A program made the position numbers and the translations under genes. Positions 20,043-29,505 of a stretch of DNA of 64,000 nucleotides are shown one piece after another. How positions within the stretch are numbered: position 1 is the first letter of the stretch; every line of letters starts with the position of its first letter. The stretch covers positions 1 to 64,000 of IMG/VR virus record IMGVR_UViG_3300042549_005931. One strand, 5' to 3'. The notes below the pieces were generated by a model. It was not told the origin of the DNA. It saw only the letters and a program-made list of their open reading frames with translations, and ran no database searches.

Positions 20043-20135
20043 TTACGAATTTTCAACAATAATTAAAGAGCCAATTGTTGCCATTGTTTCATTTAAAACT
20101 TGTATCTGTTCGTTTGTTAATTTTGTATATTCCAT
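20043..20135 (-). CDS. 30-aa ORF (MEYTKLTNEQIQVLNETMATIGSLIIVENS), not in ORF track
   Basis: Fills the gap between the Hint fusion and the sulfotransferase-like gene on the same strand; A-rich upstream. Confidence 0.55.
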   Translation of the reverse strand: MEYTKLTNEQIQVLNETMATIGSLIIVENS

Positions 20136-20154
20136 TATATTTTTTATTTAATAA

Positions 20155-21663
20155 TTAGCAACCACCCGTACAATAACCATTATAACCCCCAAATTCGGTT
20201 GCATAGGTACCAATACATCTAAAACCTTTACCACAGGTGGCATTGTTACATTCGGAACATGGGTCATTATAATATCCACCACAAAAACAAGCTGAACCTT
20301 CACTGTTGTGTTCTATGGCAACATACGATGTTGTATTATTCTCATCCGATTTTGTTAAAAATAAATGTTGTCTTTCAACCGTTAATACCCACCCCTCAAA
20401 TATACTATGTGTTCTTTCTATTGTACTTACTATTTTTTGAACAAAAGATAATTCTGATGTTGAAGTATCGATTAACATAACAATGTCACCCGGTTTAAGA
20501 ATACCTATCCTAATAAATCTAATAACATCATCTCTTTCAACCAAATATCTTGATTCCGATACATCACTCCATGTACTACCATCTTGGAATCCTATTGTTA
20601 TAGAATTTGTTTTTCTGTGAATTCTAACCTTGTTAGTGATTTTATTTGTAGAATAGGTTGAACCCGTAATTAATTGGTTTATATCTATTTCATAATTTAC
20701 ATCTTCATCTATAACATCTACATTATTAGGGTTGGGTATGTCTATAGTTTTTAAATCGTCGCCAATTTCTAAATCTAACGCCGTTTTAAAACTACCATCG
20801 GCCATTTCAACTAAATCAGTATCTTCTAATTTTGGTGTCCAATCACTCTTAATTGTTGTTAAATAACGGGCTCTATCGCCTAAATAACTAAAATTAATTT
20901 CATCGTATTCTGGTTGTTCATCTATGGTATCAAAACATATTTTATGATATTGACCAATTTGTAATGATTCTAAATTGGGTGGAAATAATAAATTTAAACT
21001 TCTTACAACTTGTATATGGTTGTTATATAATTTATTAGAATTATAATAATATGGCATTAAAAAATATTCACCATTAACTTCATTAAGTATTGTATTTAAT
21101 TCTTCTTGAGTTGATACTTTAAATAATTTCGGGTATTGTGATTTATTATAATGTGGACCCGAAGTTTTTAGTATAAAATTTGGGTGGTTACCGTTATCAA
21201 GTATGTTTGTTATTGAATTTACCAAGGTACCATCACCTAAACGGTATGCAAATTCGGAACCAAATGATTGATTTTTTATTAGATTTAAAAAATTAACTTT
21301 ATTAGAACAATATTCATCATCAACAATCGCTGTTGTATCATACGCACTTCGTATAATTAATGTGGTATCATTATCTTCTATATATGGTATTGTTAATGAA
21401 CTATATACTGTATGCATATTACATTCAATATCTACAGATTTAGAAAGTTCATCATAAAAACCAGGTATAGCTCCAATGTATTCAATTTTAGTGAAACCGT
21501 TGTCACTGATAAATTGTAGTAAACTTGTTAGATTAAGTGATTCCTCATTTGATTCAATTCTTGTAGTAAGATTGTCCCATCCAACATTTGTATTGATTTC
21601 AATTGGGACTAAATCCCCATTTGAATTATACATAAAATCGCTACCAATTAAAACTGTCCTCAT
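20155..21663 (-). CDS. Circularly permuted ATP-grasp domain, Hint domain and Cys-rich C-terminal peptide fusion
   Basis: N-terminal GSDF..GDLVPIEINTNVG (D..ExN), PNFILK, YFLMPYY, VVRS; Hint from about K278 (LEDTDLVEMADGSFKTALDLEIGD) to WVLTVERQHLFL..AIEHN453; then a 49-aa, 8-Cys peptide. Confidence 0.75.
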   Translation of the reverse strand: MRTVLIGSDFMYNSNGDLVPIEINTNVGWDNLTTRIESNEESLNLTSLLQFISDNGFTKIEYIGAIPGFYDELSKSVDIECNMHTVYSSLTIPYIEDNDTTLIIRSAYDTTAIVDDEYCSNKVNFLNLIKNQSFGSEFAYRLGDGTLVNSITNILDNGNHPNFILKTSGPHYNKSQYPKLFKVSTQEELNTILNEVNGEYFLMPYYYNSNKLYNNHIQVVRSLNLLFPPNLESLQIGQYHKICFDTIDEQPEYDEINFSYLGDRARYLTTIKSDWTPKLEDTDLVEMADGSFKTALDLEIGDDLKTIDIPNPNNVDVIDEDVNYEIDINQLITGSTYSTNKITNKVRIHRKTNSITIGFQDGSTWSDVSESRYLVERDDVIRFIRIGILKPGDIVMLIDTSTSELSFVQKIVSTIERTHSIFEGWVLTVERQHLFLTKSDENNTTSYVAIEHNSEGSACFCGGYYNDPCSECNNATCGKGFRCIGTYATEFGGYNGYCTGGC

Positions 21664-21935
21664 TATATTATTGTTTTATTGTATTTTTTTGTGGACACAT
21701 CCACCTCGTCAACTTTATCCCAATGACCTAATCTACACGCACCTTTAATTGGTGAGAAAATTTTTTTACCGATTGGACATCCACACTCACCACATTTGGT
21801 TTCAAATAAATAAGAATTTCTTATCCAATCACATTTTAAACAAATCTCATGTCGCTTTAGTGCCAGTTCTTGTTCTTCTTCTGTTGGATTAGCCGCAGTT
21901 ACCCAAGATTTAAATATTTCAGTGGCCTTGTTCAT
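21663..21935 (-). CDS. Small Cys-rich, putative metal-binding protein
   Basis: RHEICLKC..KCGECGC..KIFSP..AC.LGHW pattern. Confidence 0.7.
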   Translation of the reverse strand: MNKATEIFKSWVTAANPTEEEQELALKRHEICLKCDWIRNSYLFETKCGECGCPIGKKIFSPIKGACRLGHWDKVDEVDVSTKKYNKTII

Positions 21936-21939
21936 TTAA

Positions 21940-21947
21940 TATAAATA
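21940..21947 (-). promoter_or_regulatory. TATTTATA motif upstream of the Cys-protein/ATP-grasp-Hint unit
   Basis: TATAAATA on + strand, 4 nt from ATG 21935. Confidence 0.4.
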
Positions 21948-21953
21948 GTTTGT

Positions 21954-22067
21954 TTAATGTTTGTAAATAAATGGGTCTCGTTTTCTTAACTCCTTCAATT
22001 TTTTCTTAAATTTCCTGTTACGTCTCCATTCTTTGAAGATACGTATTAACCAATTAATGAATAACAT
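21954..22067 (-). CDS. 37-aa basic peptide (MLFINWLIRIFKEWRRNRKFKKKLKELRKRDPFIYKH), not in ORF track
   Basis: Directly downstream of the carbamoyltransferase; ends in DPFIY. Confidence 0.7.
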   Translation of the reverse strand: MLFINWLIRIFKEWRRNRKFKKKLKELRKRDPFIYKH

Positions 22068-22073
22068 ATTATC

Positions 22074-23744
22074 TTATTTATATACAATATAGTTATTTAA
22101 TACCAAAATATCAAGTTCGGTATCGTAAAACGTTTTTAATGCATCTTGTGGTGTTAATACCATTGTTTTATCTTTCACATTGAATGATGTGTTTAATAAA
22201 ATTGGGTATCCTGTTAATTTTTCAAATTCTCGGAGTATATTATAAAATAACGTTCCTCTATATACTGTTTGAACTCTGGCACTACCATCTATGTGTGTCA
22301 CTGCCGGTAATTCATCTCTATGTGATTGTCTCACTTGAACCACTTGATTCATGTAAGGTATATCATTTGTCATCATAAAATAATCGTGTTGTCTTTCCAT
22401 TGTTACCGCCGGTGCAAATGGTCTGAAAGATTCACGCTTTTTAATGACACTATTAATCCTATCCTTCATGTTAGGTAACAATGGACTTGCTAAGATGGAA
22501 CGATTACCTAACGCTCTTGAACCAAATTCACATTTACCGTTAAAACATCCAACCACTTTACCATCTTTAATTTTCTTTGCAATCCAAATCGCTAATTGTT
22601 CGTCATTAGGAAATTTAAAATGTTTAGGATTTTTACCAATAGCATCCACAATATCTTTATTAGAATATGATGGACCCAAAAATGGGTTATTAGTTATTTT
22701 CTTTTTTAATTTATTGTTCTTGACCAAGTAATGAATACATGCTCCGATTGCTGAACCAGCATCTGATGGTGCCGGTGGTATCCATAAATTTTTAAAATTT
22801 GTATTGTTAATTATTTTACCATTTGCAGTACCGTTATATGCACAACCACCAGCTAATGATAGGTCGGTATTATCAAGAAATGTGGATATATAATTGAGAA
22901 CCTCAAATAAAATTTCTTCGTATACTCGTTGTACTGATGCAGCCAAATCATTATGATATGGTTCAATACCTGTACCGGGTATTCTTGGTTCTAATTCCAA
23001 TAACTCAATAAGATTTTCATTAAACATGAGTGTGTTGGAGGTGTTCCAAGTAAACACATCCATGTTACATTTTAATTCATTATCTTCATACGTTATTAAT
23101 TTCCTAACTTTATTGATGTATGTGTTTGGATTACCGTAAGAAGCTAATCCCATCACCTTATATTCACCTTCATTTGGTCTAAACCCAAGGAATGATGTCA
23201 TTGCAGAATAGAACAATCCAAGTGAATGTGGATATTGTGCAAGACTATCATAAACCATATTCCCACCATAATCAATAAACCCAAGTGACATGGTATCTAA
23301 TTCACCAACACCATCGATTGATAATGTTGTGGATTTATTAAATGGTGATGTGTAATGTGAATAGTATATGTGCGATTCGTGATGTGTTGAATAATGTACG
23401 TTATTTGAATATAACGGTAACATCTTATTCAATTCACTAATGTTCTTTTTAATTCTTAAATACGATTTGATAGAATATATTGGATTCTTAAAAAACTGTG
23501 GTTTAATGTTATCGATAACCCTTTTTAATTTTAATTTAGGGTCTTCATAATAACAAACAGTTTCAATTTTATCACGAGTTAAATTATATTTTTTAAAAAT
23601 ATATTCAAGTGTATTAACCGGAAACGAACTATCGTGTTTGATACCCGTGAACTTTTCTTCTTCACATGCAAAAATTAATTCCCCGTTCTTGAATAAACAA
23701 GCCGATGAATCATGATAATAAGCCGAAATTCCGATTATGTACAT
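22074..23744 (-). CDS. NodU/CmcH-family carbamoyltransferase
   Basis: HDSSA..EEKF..KH, HHESH, IDGVGE, EYKVMGLASYG, AGGCAYNGTANG, EFGSRALGNRSIL, RPFAP, THIDGSARVQT, LLNTSFN. Confidence 0.95.
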   Translation of the reverse strand: MYIIGISAYYHDSSACLFKNGELIFACEEEKFTGIKHDSSFPVNTLEYIFKKYNLTRDKIETVCYYEDPKLKLKRVIDNIKPQFFKNPIYSIKSYLRIKKNISELNKMLPLYSNNVHYSTHHESHIYYSHYTSPFNKSTTLSIDGVGELDTMSLGFIDYGGNMVYDSLAQYPHSLGLFYSAMTSFLGFRPNEGEYKVMGLASYGNPNTYINKVRKLITYEDNELKCNMDVFTWNTSNTLMFNENLIELLELEPRIPGTGIEPYHNDLAASVQRVYEEILFEVLNYISTFLDNTDLSLAGGCAYNGTANGKIINNTNFKNLWIPPAPSDAGSAIGACIHYLVKNNKLKKKITNNPFLGPSYSNKDIVDAIGKNPKHFKFPNDEQLAIWIAKKIKDGKVVGCFNGKCEFGSRALGNRSILASPLLPNMKDRINSVIKKRESFRPFAPAVTMERQHDYFMMTNDIPYMNQVVQVRQSHRDELPAVTHIDGSARVQTVYRGTLFYNILREFEKLTGYPILLNTSFNVKDKTMVLTPQDALKTFYDTELDILVLNNYIVYK

Positions 23745-23749
23745 TTTTA

Positions 23750-24427
23750 TTAAAGTTTACTATAATAAGTGTAGTTATAATAATTGGTGCTAAGTAATTC
23801 AAATTCCAAATTAAATTTTTCTAAAACATAAGATAAAGCAATACCCTCACTACTACCATATGCTGAATATCCGTTATTACCAACAATACTCATATATTCA
23901 AATATTGGTTTGATTTTTTCAATTTCATAAATAATTTTAGAAATTTCATCGGTATATGGGAAATAAAAAAAACATTCTCTTATAGTTTTAAATTTATCAT
24001 AATTATAATTATTCGTTTCCCAATATTTTATTATTGGATTAAAATATTCGGTATTATAATCGGTTAAATAAGTCCAGTTTTCCCAATCCGTTCCATTCCA
24101 ATATTTCCAACCTTCAGGATATAAACATTTTGTATGACCATTAAAATTATCAATAAAGTCATCTGTTAAATACTTTAACCAATCGTGGTCGGAATACACA
24201 ATATCCGTTTTATACTTTTCCATCAATCTTAATGGAAATAATATTTTATCAATATATGAAAATATTTTATTTTGATAATAGTATGTTTCACCAATTGAAA
24301 ATGGGTCAATATTATCCGTTAATATTTTTATATCCCATTTTTTATTATCAAATCTTTGTAATTGATTAATAATTTTTGATGGTTCATCTTTGTAATTTTC
24401 ACCAACACATATTATACTTAAAATCAT
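23750..24427 (-). CDS. Putative glycosyltransferase-like protein (paralogue of 35432..36157)
   Basis: ILTD, YIDK, YSDHD, GSSEGIALS. Confidence 0.5.
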   Translation of the reverse strand: MILSIICVGENYKDEPSKIINQLQRFDNKKWDIKILTDNIDPFSIGETYYYQNKIFSYIDKILFPLRLMEKYKTDIVYSDHDWLKYLTDDFIDNFNGHTKCLYPEGWKYWNGTDWENWTYLTDYNTEYFNPIIKYWETNNYNYDKFKTIRECFFYFPYTDEISKIIYEIEKIKPIFEYMSIVGNNGYSAYGSSEGIALSYVLEKFNLEFELLSTNYYNYTYYSKL

Positions 24428-24445
24428 AATAAATATTTTTTAATA

Positions 24446-25444
24446 TTATTCAATTTTATAATCCATCCATTTAAAATAACCAAAAGTATCTACAACTTTA
24501 TTTAGTATATCCGAATCTAATTCTTTTAATAAAGAACAAATTAAAATTTTATAATATAATGTCCATCTCATTCCGGATAAATGAACAGCTTTTGATTCCA
24601 AAAAATGTAATTTTAATTTATTGAATATGATAGATTCCAATAATTCATAATCATTACAAGTTCTAATTTTACTATCATATTCAGGTATCATCAAATAACC
24701 GGTTTTTAAATTATCATCAAATGTATGAATATCGGTATAAAATGATTTCTCTTCCAATAAAAATGAAAATTGATAATATTGTTCTAATGCTAAATTTATA
24801 TCTTTTACTTTGAGTAATTTTTCATTATTATTTATAAAAAACTCCCAAGTTCTTTTAAATGATTTACATAATGAAGTATCATCGCATCCAAATAATGAAC
24901 AATTGGCAGCATTATTACTATTAAAATTTCCCAATTGATTCCATTCCGATTCATCCAATACACTTATTGTTTTTTTAAATGCATTAAAATATAATTCATA
25001 GTATCCATCCTTTTCAGTAGGAGAATCATTTGTCATTACATTTTCAATAAAAGAAAATATTACAGATTTTGTAACATCCAAAAAAAAGTTTTTATCGTTT
25101 ATAACCAAATCAGCATCTATATGGATAAATGGTTCTGTCTGTTCCGCAGCAGCAATTATTTTAAAAATTGTGTGTTTAGCACAGATACCCTGTATTTGAT
25201 TTTTTATATGTTCTTTATTATCTTCGATGTCATAAACTTCATCAAAATAATCGTTAGTATCAAAAAACTTTTTTAACTCTGTTGATGTGTAAAGTTTTAA
25301 TTTTTTATATTTAAACTTATTTTTAAATAACCTAACAGAATAAACCATACAAATTAAATCAATTAGATAATAATCACGATTACACTCCCAGTCAATTTCG
25401 GGTGGTACATAAGTGTAGATAATATTTTTATTAAAAGTTTCCAT
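24446..25444 (-). CDS. Putative nucleotide-sugar transferase-like protein
   Basis: EPFIHIDADL (DxD), LEQ, HLSG. Confidence 0.5.
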   Translation of the reverse strand: METFNKNIIYTYVPPEIDWECNRDYYLIDLICMVYSVRLFKNKFKYKKLKLYTSTELKKFFDTNDYFDEVYDIEDNKEHIKNQIQGICAKHTIFKIIAAAEQTEPFIHIDADLVINDKNFFLDVTKSVIFSFIENVMTNDSPTEKDGYYELYFNAFKKTISVLDESEWNQLGNFNSNNAANCSLFGCDDTSLCKSFKRTWEFFINNNEKLLKVKDINLALEQYYQFSFLLEEKSFYTDIHTFDDNLKTGYLMIPEYDSKIRTCNDYELLESIIFNKLKLHFLESKAVHLSGMRWTLYYKILICSLLKELDSDILNKVVDTFGYFKWMDYKIE

Positions 25445-26194
25445 TTATATTATATTATTTTTTATGTGTGGTATTACTAACTCCTCACTAAATTTTTTAT
25501 GACCAAATTCTGTTGGGTGTATACCTATAAATCCAAAATTATCTGGACTATTAAATCCTCCAGTTTTACCATAATTTTCATTTACCCATTCGTGACACCC
25601 ACCAATTGGTAAAAACTTTGTTCTATCAACCATTTTAAACCAATGTTGGACTTCAGGTTCATTAATTCTATTTGTGGTTTTTGGGAAAAATATATCGGTA
25701 TATGTTGTCATAAAATACTTTACTCCCTTTTTTTCTAAATACCATTGTGTCAATAAAATATTTTGAATTGTTAATATCATTGCCGAAATGTCATTATGAA
25801 ATAAACGATAATATGTTGGTGAATTGGCAACTTCCCAATGTGGGTTAGTTATAATCCAATTTCTATATAAGTTGTCATTGTGTGGGATTACACTTGTAGG
25901 ATTTTCAACCCAACCGTCAGTGTTATTTAATTGGTTAGTGTTTTCACTGTAGAATTCATGTCTATCAACACCGCTCCACATAACCCCAACCAAAATATCG
26001 TCAGGATTTTTACCTTCATTTAATAACGTATCAACAGCATAAATTAATTTTTTTGAAATTAATCCATTACCTTGACTTGCCATACCAACATTTTTTAAAT
26101 CATAATTAATACCTTCCGCAACAAATGTTGGCCAATTCCATGGTTCAAATGTAAAACTACATCCACTGGTCACCAGTATTTTTTTATTATCCAT
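25445..26194 (-). CDS. SGNH-hydrolase-like protein
   Basis: GCSFT, GNGLI, MWSGVDR, HPTEFGH. Confidence 0.65.
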   Translation of the reverse strand: MDNKKILVTSGCSFTFEPWNWPTFVAEGINYDLKNVGMASQGNGLISKKLIYAVDTLLNEGKNPDDILVGVMWSGVDRHEFYSENTNQLNNTDGWVENPTSVIPHNDNLYRNWIITNPHWEVANSPTYYRLFHNDISAMILTIQNILLTQWYLEKKGVKYFMTTYTDIFFPKTTNRINEPEVQHWFKMVDRTKFLPIGGCHEWVNENYGKTGGFNSPDNFGFIGIHPTEFGHKKFSEELVIPHIKNNII

Positions 26195-27332
26195 AGTAAT
26201 ATACTTTTATATTTTTATTTTTATATTCTCTCCAAACATCCAATATAATACTATTTTTAGGAAAATCAATATTATAAAACTCACCCCTATGACCTAACAA
26301 ATAAATTGCCGGTTTATCTATAATGTCGAAATCGACATCTTTACCCATTTCTTTTACATAGTAACTTGTAAGTATGGTTGTGGAACCTTCAACATAATCG
26401 ACACCAGGTTTATATGATTTACCTAAAATTACTATTGGTAGATTATATGAATTTGATAAATTTACCAATTTTTTTGCAATGTTATATGCTTGCTTTTCTC
26501 GTGCTAACATTATTGAATCGAATAAATCATAACCTAAATCGTACTTATTTGCCATCCATCTTAGTGCTATATTGTCACGTGGATGACACCCTCCCCCATC
26601 TCCCATACCTGCCTTCATGTAAGATTTACTGACAATTCGTTTTGTACTTCGTTCTAATGCTTGGGTTACCACATCTGTATTAATATTACCATTTTTCTCA
26701 GCAACATCTTGAATCATATTAACAAGTGCCACCTTAGTTGAAATGAAGGTGTTATAAAAAATCTTAATAGCTTCCGCCTCATCCCACGTTCCTATTTCAA
26801 AACGAGTATCTTTGTTAACAAATGTCCTATAAAAATCAACCAATAACTTTGCATCACCGGTCTCAGTTCCATCTTCTGTTCCAATGATAATCATCTCAGG
26901 ATTTACCATATCTTCTTTTACGGTCCCCATTGCTATTAAATAGGGGTTGTATATAAATCTATAGTTTCTAACCAATTGTATTAGACTATCACTTATTGTA
27001 CCGGGTAAAACCGTTGAAATTAAAACAACTAGTTGATTGATATTTGTCCATTCATTTATTTGATATAATATTGTTTTAACTATTTCATAATCAAAATCTT
27101 TTGGTTCTAAATGCGATGTTGGATATCTACCATCGTAATCAGGATGATGTGGTGTTGGTAGAGCAATAAAAATAATATCTTTATTTTTACAAACATCTTG
27201 AATGGTGTCCACCATTTTAAAATTTATTGGGTTAACTTTATTAATATCGTAACCCTCGACATAATGATTTTCTGCCATTACTTCGGCGGCATCTTTTCCC
27301 AATTTACCAACCCCTATAAATCCAATTTTCAT
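26187..27332 (-). CDS. UDP-glucose/GDP-mannose dehydrogenase family protein
   Basis: GVGKLG, LPTP, STVLPGT, AEAIKIFYN, GGGCHPRD, GKSYKP. Confidence 0.9.
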   Translation of the reverse strand: MKIGFIGVGKLGKDAAEVMAENHYVEGYDINKVNPINFKMVDTIQDVCKNKDIIFIALPTPHHPDYDGRYPTSHLEPKDFDYEIVKTILYQINEWTNINQLVVLISTVLPGTISDSLIQLVRNYRFIYNPYLIAMGTVKEDMVNPEMIIIGTEDGTETGDAKLLVDFYRTFVNKDTRFEIGTWDEAEAIKIFYNTFISTKVALVNMIQDVAEKNGNINTDVVTQALERSTKRIVSKSYMKAGMGDGGGCHPRDNIALRWMANKYDLGYDLFDSIMLAREKQAYNIAKKLVNLSNSYNLPIVILGKSYKPGVDYVEGSTTILTSYYVKEMGKDVDFDIIDKPAIYLLGHRGEFYNIDFPKNSIILDVWREYKNKNIKVYYYG

Positions 27333-28777
27333 ATTAACTTTTTATTTTTATTATTATTGATATTTTCATCTTTAAACGAAAGAAAATATAAAACATCATC
27401 AATATCTTTATCTGAAATAAATTTAAAAAAATTGTTTGTTAAAACTTCTTCCATTTCTTGCGTAACCCTAAAACATTTATCCATATCCCATTTTGAAATT
27501 TCTTCCAAAACATCGATGATTTTTTCCATTCTTTTAATAAAATTTATCTCATCGTCATAACTTTCATCCCACCATCTATCAAAAGTCATATAACCCAATT
27601 CTTTTAATTTTTTTAATGAATGTGGATTACCACACATGATAAAAGGTTGACAAGCTAATATTGGTTTAAATGTTTTTTCTGAGAAAAAAATAGTGGTATT
27701 ATCCACCATTGATTCACTAATTATATTTAAAAAACTACGACCGTGTGCCTCTTTATTAAAAATACCAGCTTTATTATTCTCTAAGTCTTCCACATCATAA
27801 GTTGAGTGTTTTTTTGAGTCATATGTTTTATAGAATTCAAATAATTTTTCTTTTGAATGTTTATATTCATTTGGAATATTAACACTAATTATTTTAGAGT
27901 ATTCATCGGAATCCATCTCGGGTGTACCTCCCAATGTTGTTATTGATTTACCTTTTAAATTTTCATTTAAATTTAACTCGGCAAATAATAATAATCTATG
28001 TAATTTTGGTACCCTATTGAAATTTAAAAAATGAATATTTTTTTTAATAGTCTTATTATTTTGGAGCATATTATAAAATATGTTACTTAAAGAATTTTTT
28101 GTAAAAATATTTAATTTTTTACCATAATGAAACCATATATTATGTTCAAAATATGAATATGGGTATACCGTAAAATTATCTTCAATTATTCCTCTTGATA
28201 TAAGTTCATATTGTCTGTCCTTCGCCTGCATATTTGCAGTTATCATAATCACATCGTCACTATTTAATGAATATTTTTTAGATAATTTATTGAGCCAAAT
28301 AAATTCATTATCATTCATACCAAAAAATCCTTCAGTAGGTTGTATAAAAACTAATTTAGCCATTTTATTTTTAATAGATTCAATAACCATATCGTTTAAA
28401 TTCATAGTCTCATATCTTATGAATAAATCATTGTTATATAAAACCACCGGATAAATAAATTTTTGATTATTGTCATAAAAATGCTTGACGGTATTTTTTA
28501 CCATATTTTCATAAGTGTTATCTAGTATATTTTCCAAATTTTGACTGGCAAATTGAAATAATTCATGTTTTAATTGAACGTCATCGTTATTTTTTAAAAA
28601 ATATGGAAATTTAATGCCTAATTCTTCTTCAACAACAGATAGTGGTTTATGGGTAATTGTATGCCAAGGATGTATATCATAATGAGCGACATTTGAGGTA
28701 CCGTACAATGGTTTACCATTTTCATCGTACACTAATATATTATCGTAAGCCACATTAATTTTTAAATTTCTTATCAT
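27329..28777 (-). CDS. Hypothetical protein, possibly GT-B-like
   Basis: FNRVPKLHR, IISES..FFSEKTFKPI..QPF..LKELGY.TF..WWDESYD. Confidence 0.5.
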   Translation of the reverse strand: MIRNLKINVAYDNILVYDENGKPLYGTSNVAHYDIHPWHTITHKPLSVVEEELGIKFPYFLKNNDDVQLKHELFQFASQNLENILDNTYENMVKNTVKHFYDNNQKFIYPVVLYNNDLFIRYETMNLNDMVIESIKNKMAKLVFIQPTEGFFGMNDNEFIWLNKLSKKYSLNSDDVIMITANMQAKDRQYELISRGIIEDNFTVYPYSYFEHNIWFHYGKKLNIFTKNSLSNIFYNMLQNNKTIKKNIHFLNFNRVPKLHRLLLFAELNLNENLKGKSITTLGGTPEMDSDEYSKIISVNIPNEYKHSKEKLFEFYKTYDSKKHSTYDVEDLENNKAGIFNKEAHGRSFLNIISESMVDNTTIFFSEKTFKPILACQPFIMCGNPHSLKKLKELGYMTFDRWWDESYDDEINFIKRMEKIIDVLEEISKWDMDKCFRVTQEMEEVLTNNFFKFISDKDIDDVLYFLSFKDENINNNKNKKLI

Positions 28778-29505
28778 GTTCTATTTTTTTCTATGTATAT
28801 GTGATTGTTATTACCTGTAAAATCAAATATTTTAAATTTAGTTAATTCTTTAAAATCATATAATCCCAATAAACCATATCTTTCTGAATTTACATATTCG
28901 TTATATTGATTTAAATTATTCACATAATCTGTTTTTATTAATTTAATTTCAGAATCTGTTAAATTATTTTTAGATAATAACAAATATTTGAAATCGATAC
29001 AATATGTTGGTTCATTATCGAATTTATCGTTACCTAACAAAATTTGTGGATTTTCATGTTGACTAAAAATGTTATCACCCACTTCAATCTCAAATATGAA
29101 CTCATAATCAATATAATATTTTATTTTTTTATCTTTTACTGAATAATTTACAGTGAATTCATAATTTTTATTGAATTCAAAATTAAAATTTAAACCTTTT
29201 CTTGTGATGTCTTCTTTATCGTTGATATTGAAAGAACAATTAGTAAAAAATAAATTGGAATAGATTGTTTGACCGTCCGAATCTTGGTAGGTGTGTGGAT
29301 TTATACCAATTGAAAAAATAAAGGGTACTTTCCAAAATATTGCAATTGGTTCATTAGTGTAATTCTCTTTTTTATCAACAGAAAATTCAACATGTACCGT
29401 AAAATCGTTATCATTAAAAACATTTTTACAAATTTCACCTTTTTCTAAGTTATATGTTTTTAATGATGGCCACAAAATTAATGTCTGGTCTTTTTCTACC
29501 CTCAT
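28774..29505 (-). CDS. Divergent LamG/ConA-like domain protein
   Basis: Beta-rich; ends LLGLYDF..IFDFTGNNNH like the LamG inserts in the neighbouring GT7s. Confidence 0.5.
   Translation of the reverse strand: MRVEKDQTLILWPSLKTYNLEKGEICKNVFNDNDFTVHVEFSVDKKENYTNEPIAIFWKVPFIFSIGINPHTYQDSDGQTIYSNLFFTNCSFNINDKEDITRKGLNFNFEFNKNYEFTVNYSVKDKKIKYYIDYEFIFEIEVGDNIFSQHENPQILLGNDKFDNEPTYCIDFKYLLLSKNNLTDSEIKLIKTDYVNNLNQYNEYVNSERYGLLGLYDFKELTKFKIFDFTGNNNHIYIEKNRT

Noticed and set aside
20305-20832. Canonical splicing intein or homing element
   Set aside because: No N-terminal Cys/Ser, no TxxH block B and no endonuclease domain; only the C-terminal HN is retained.
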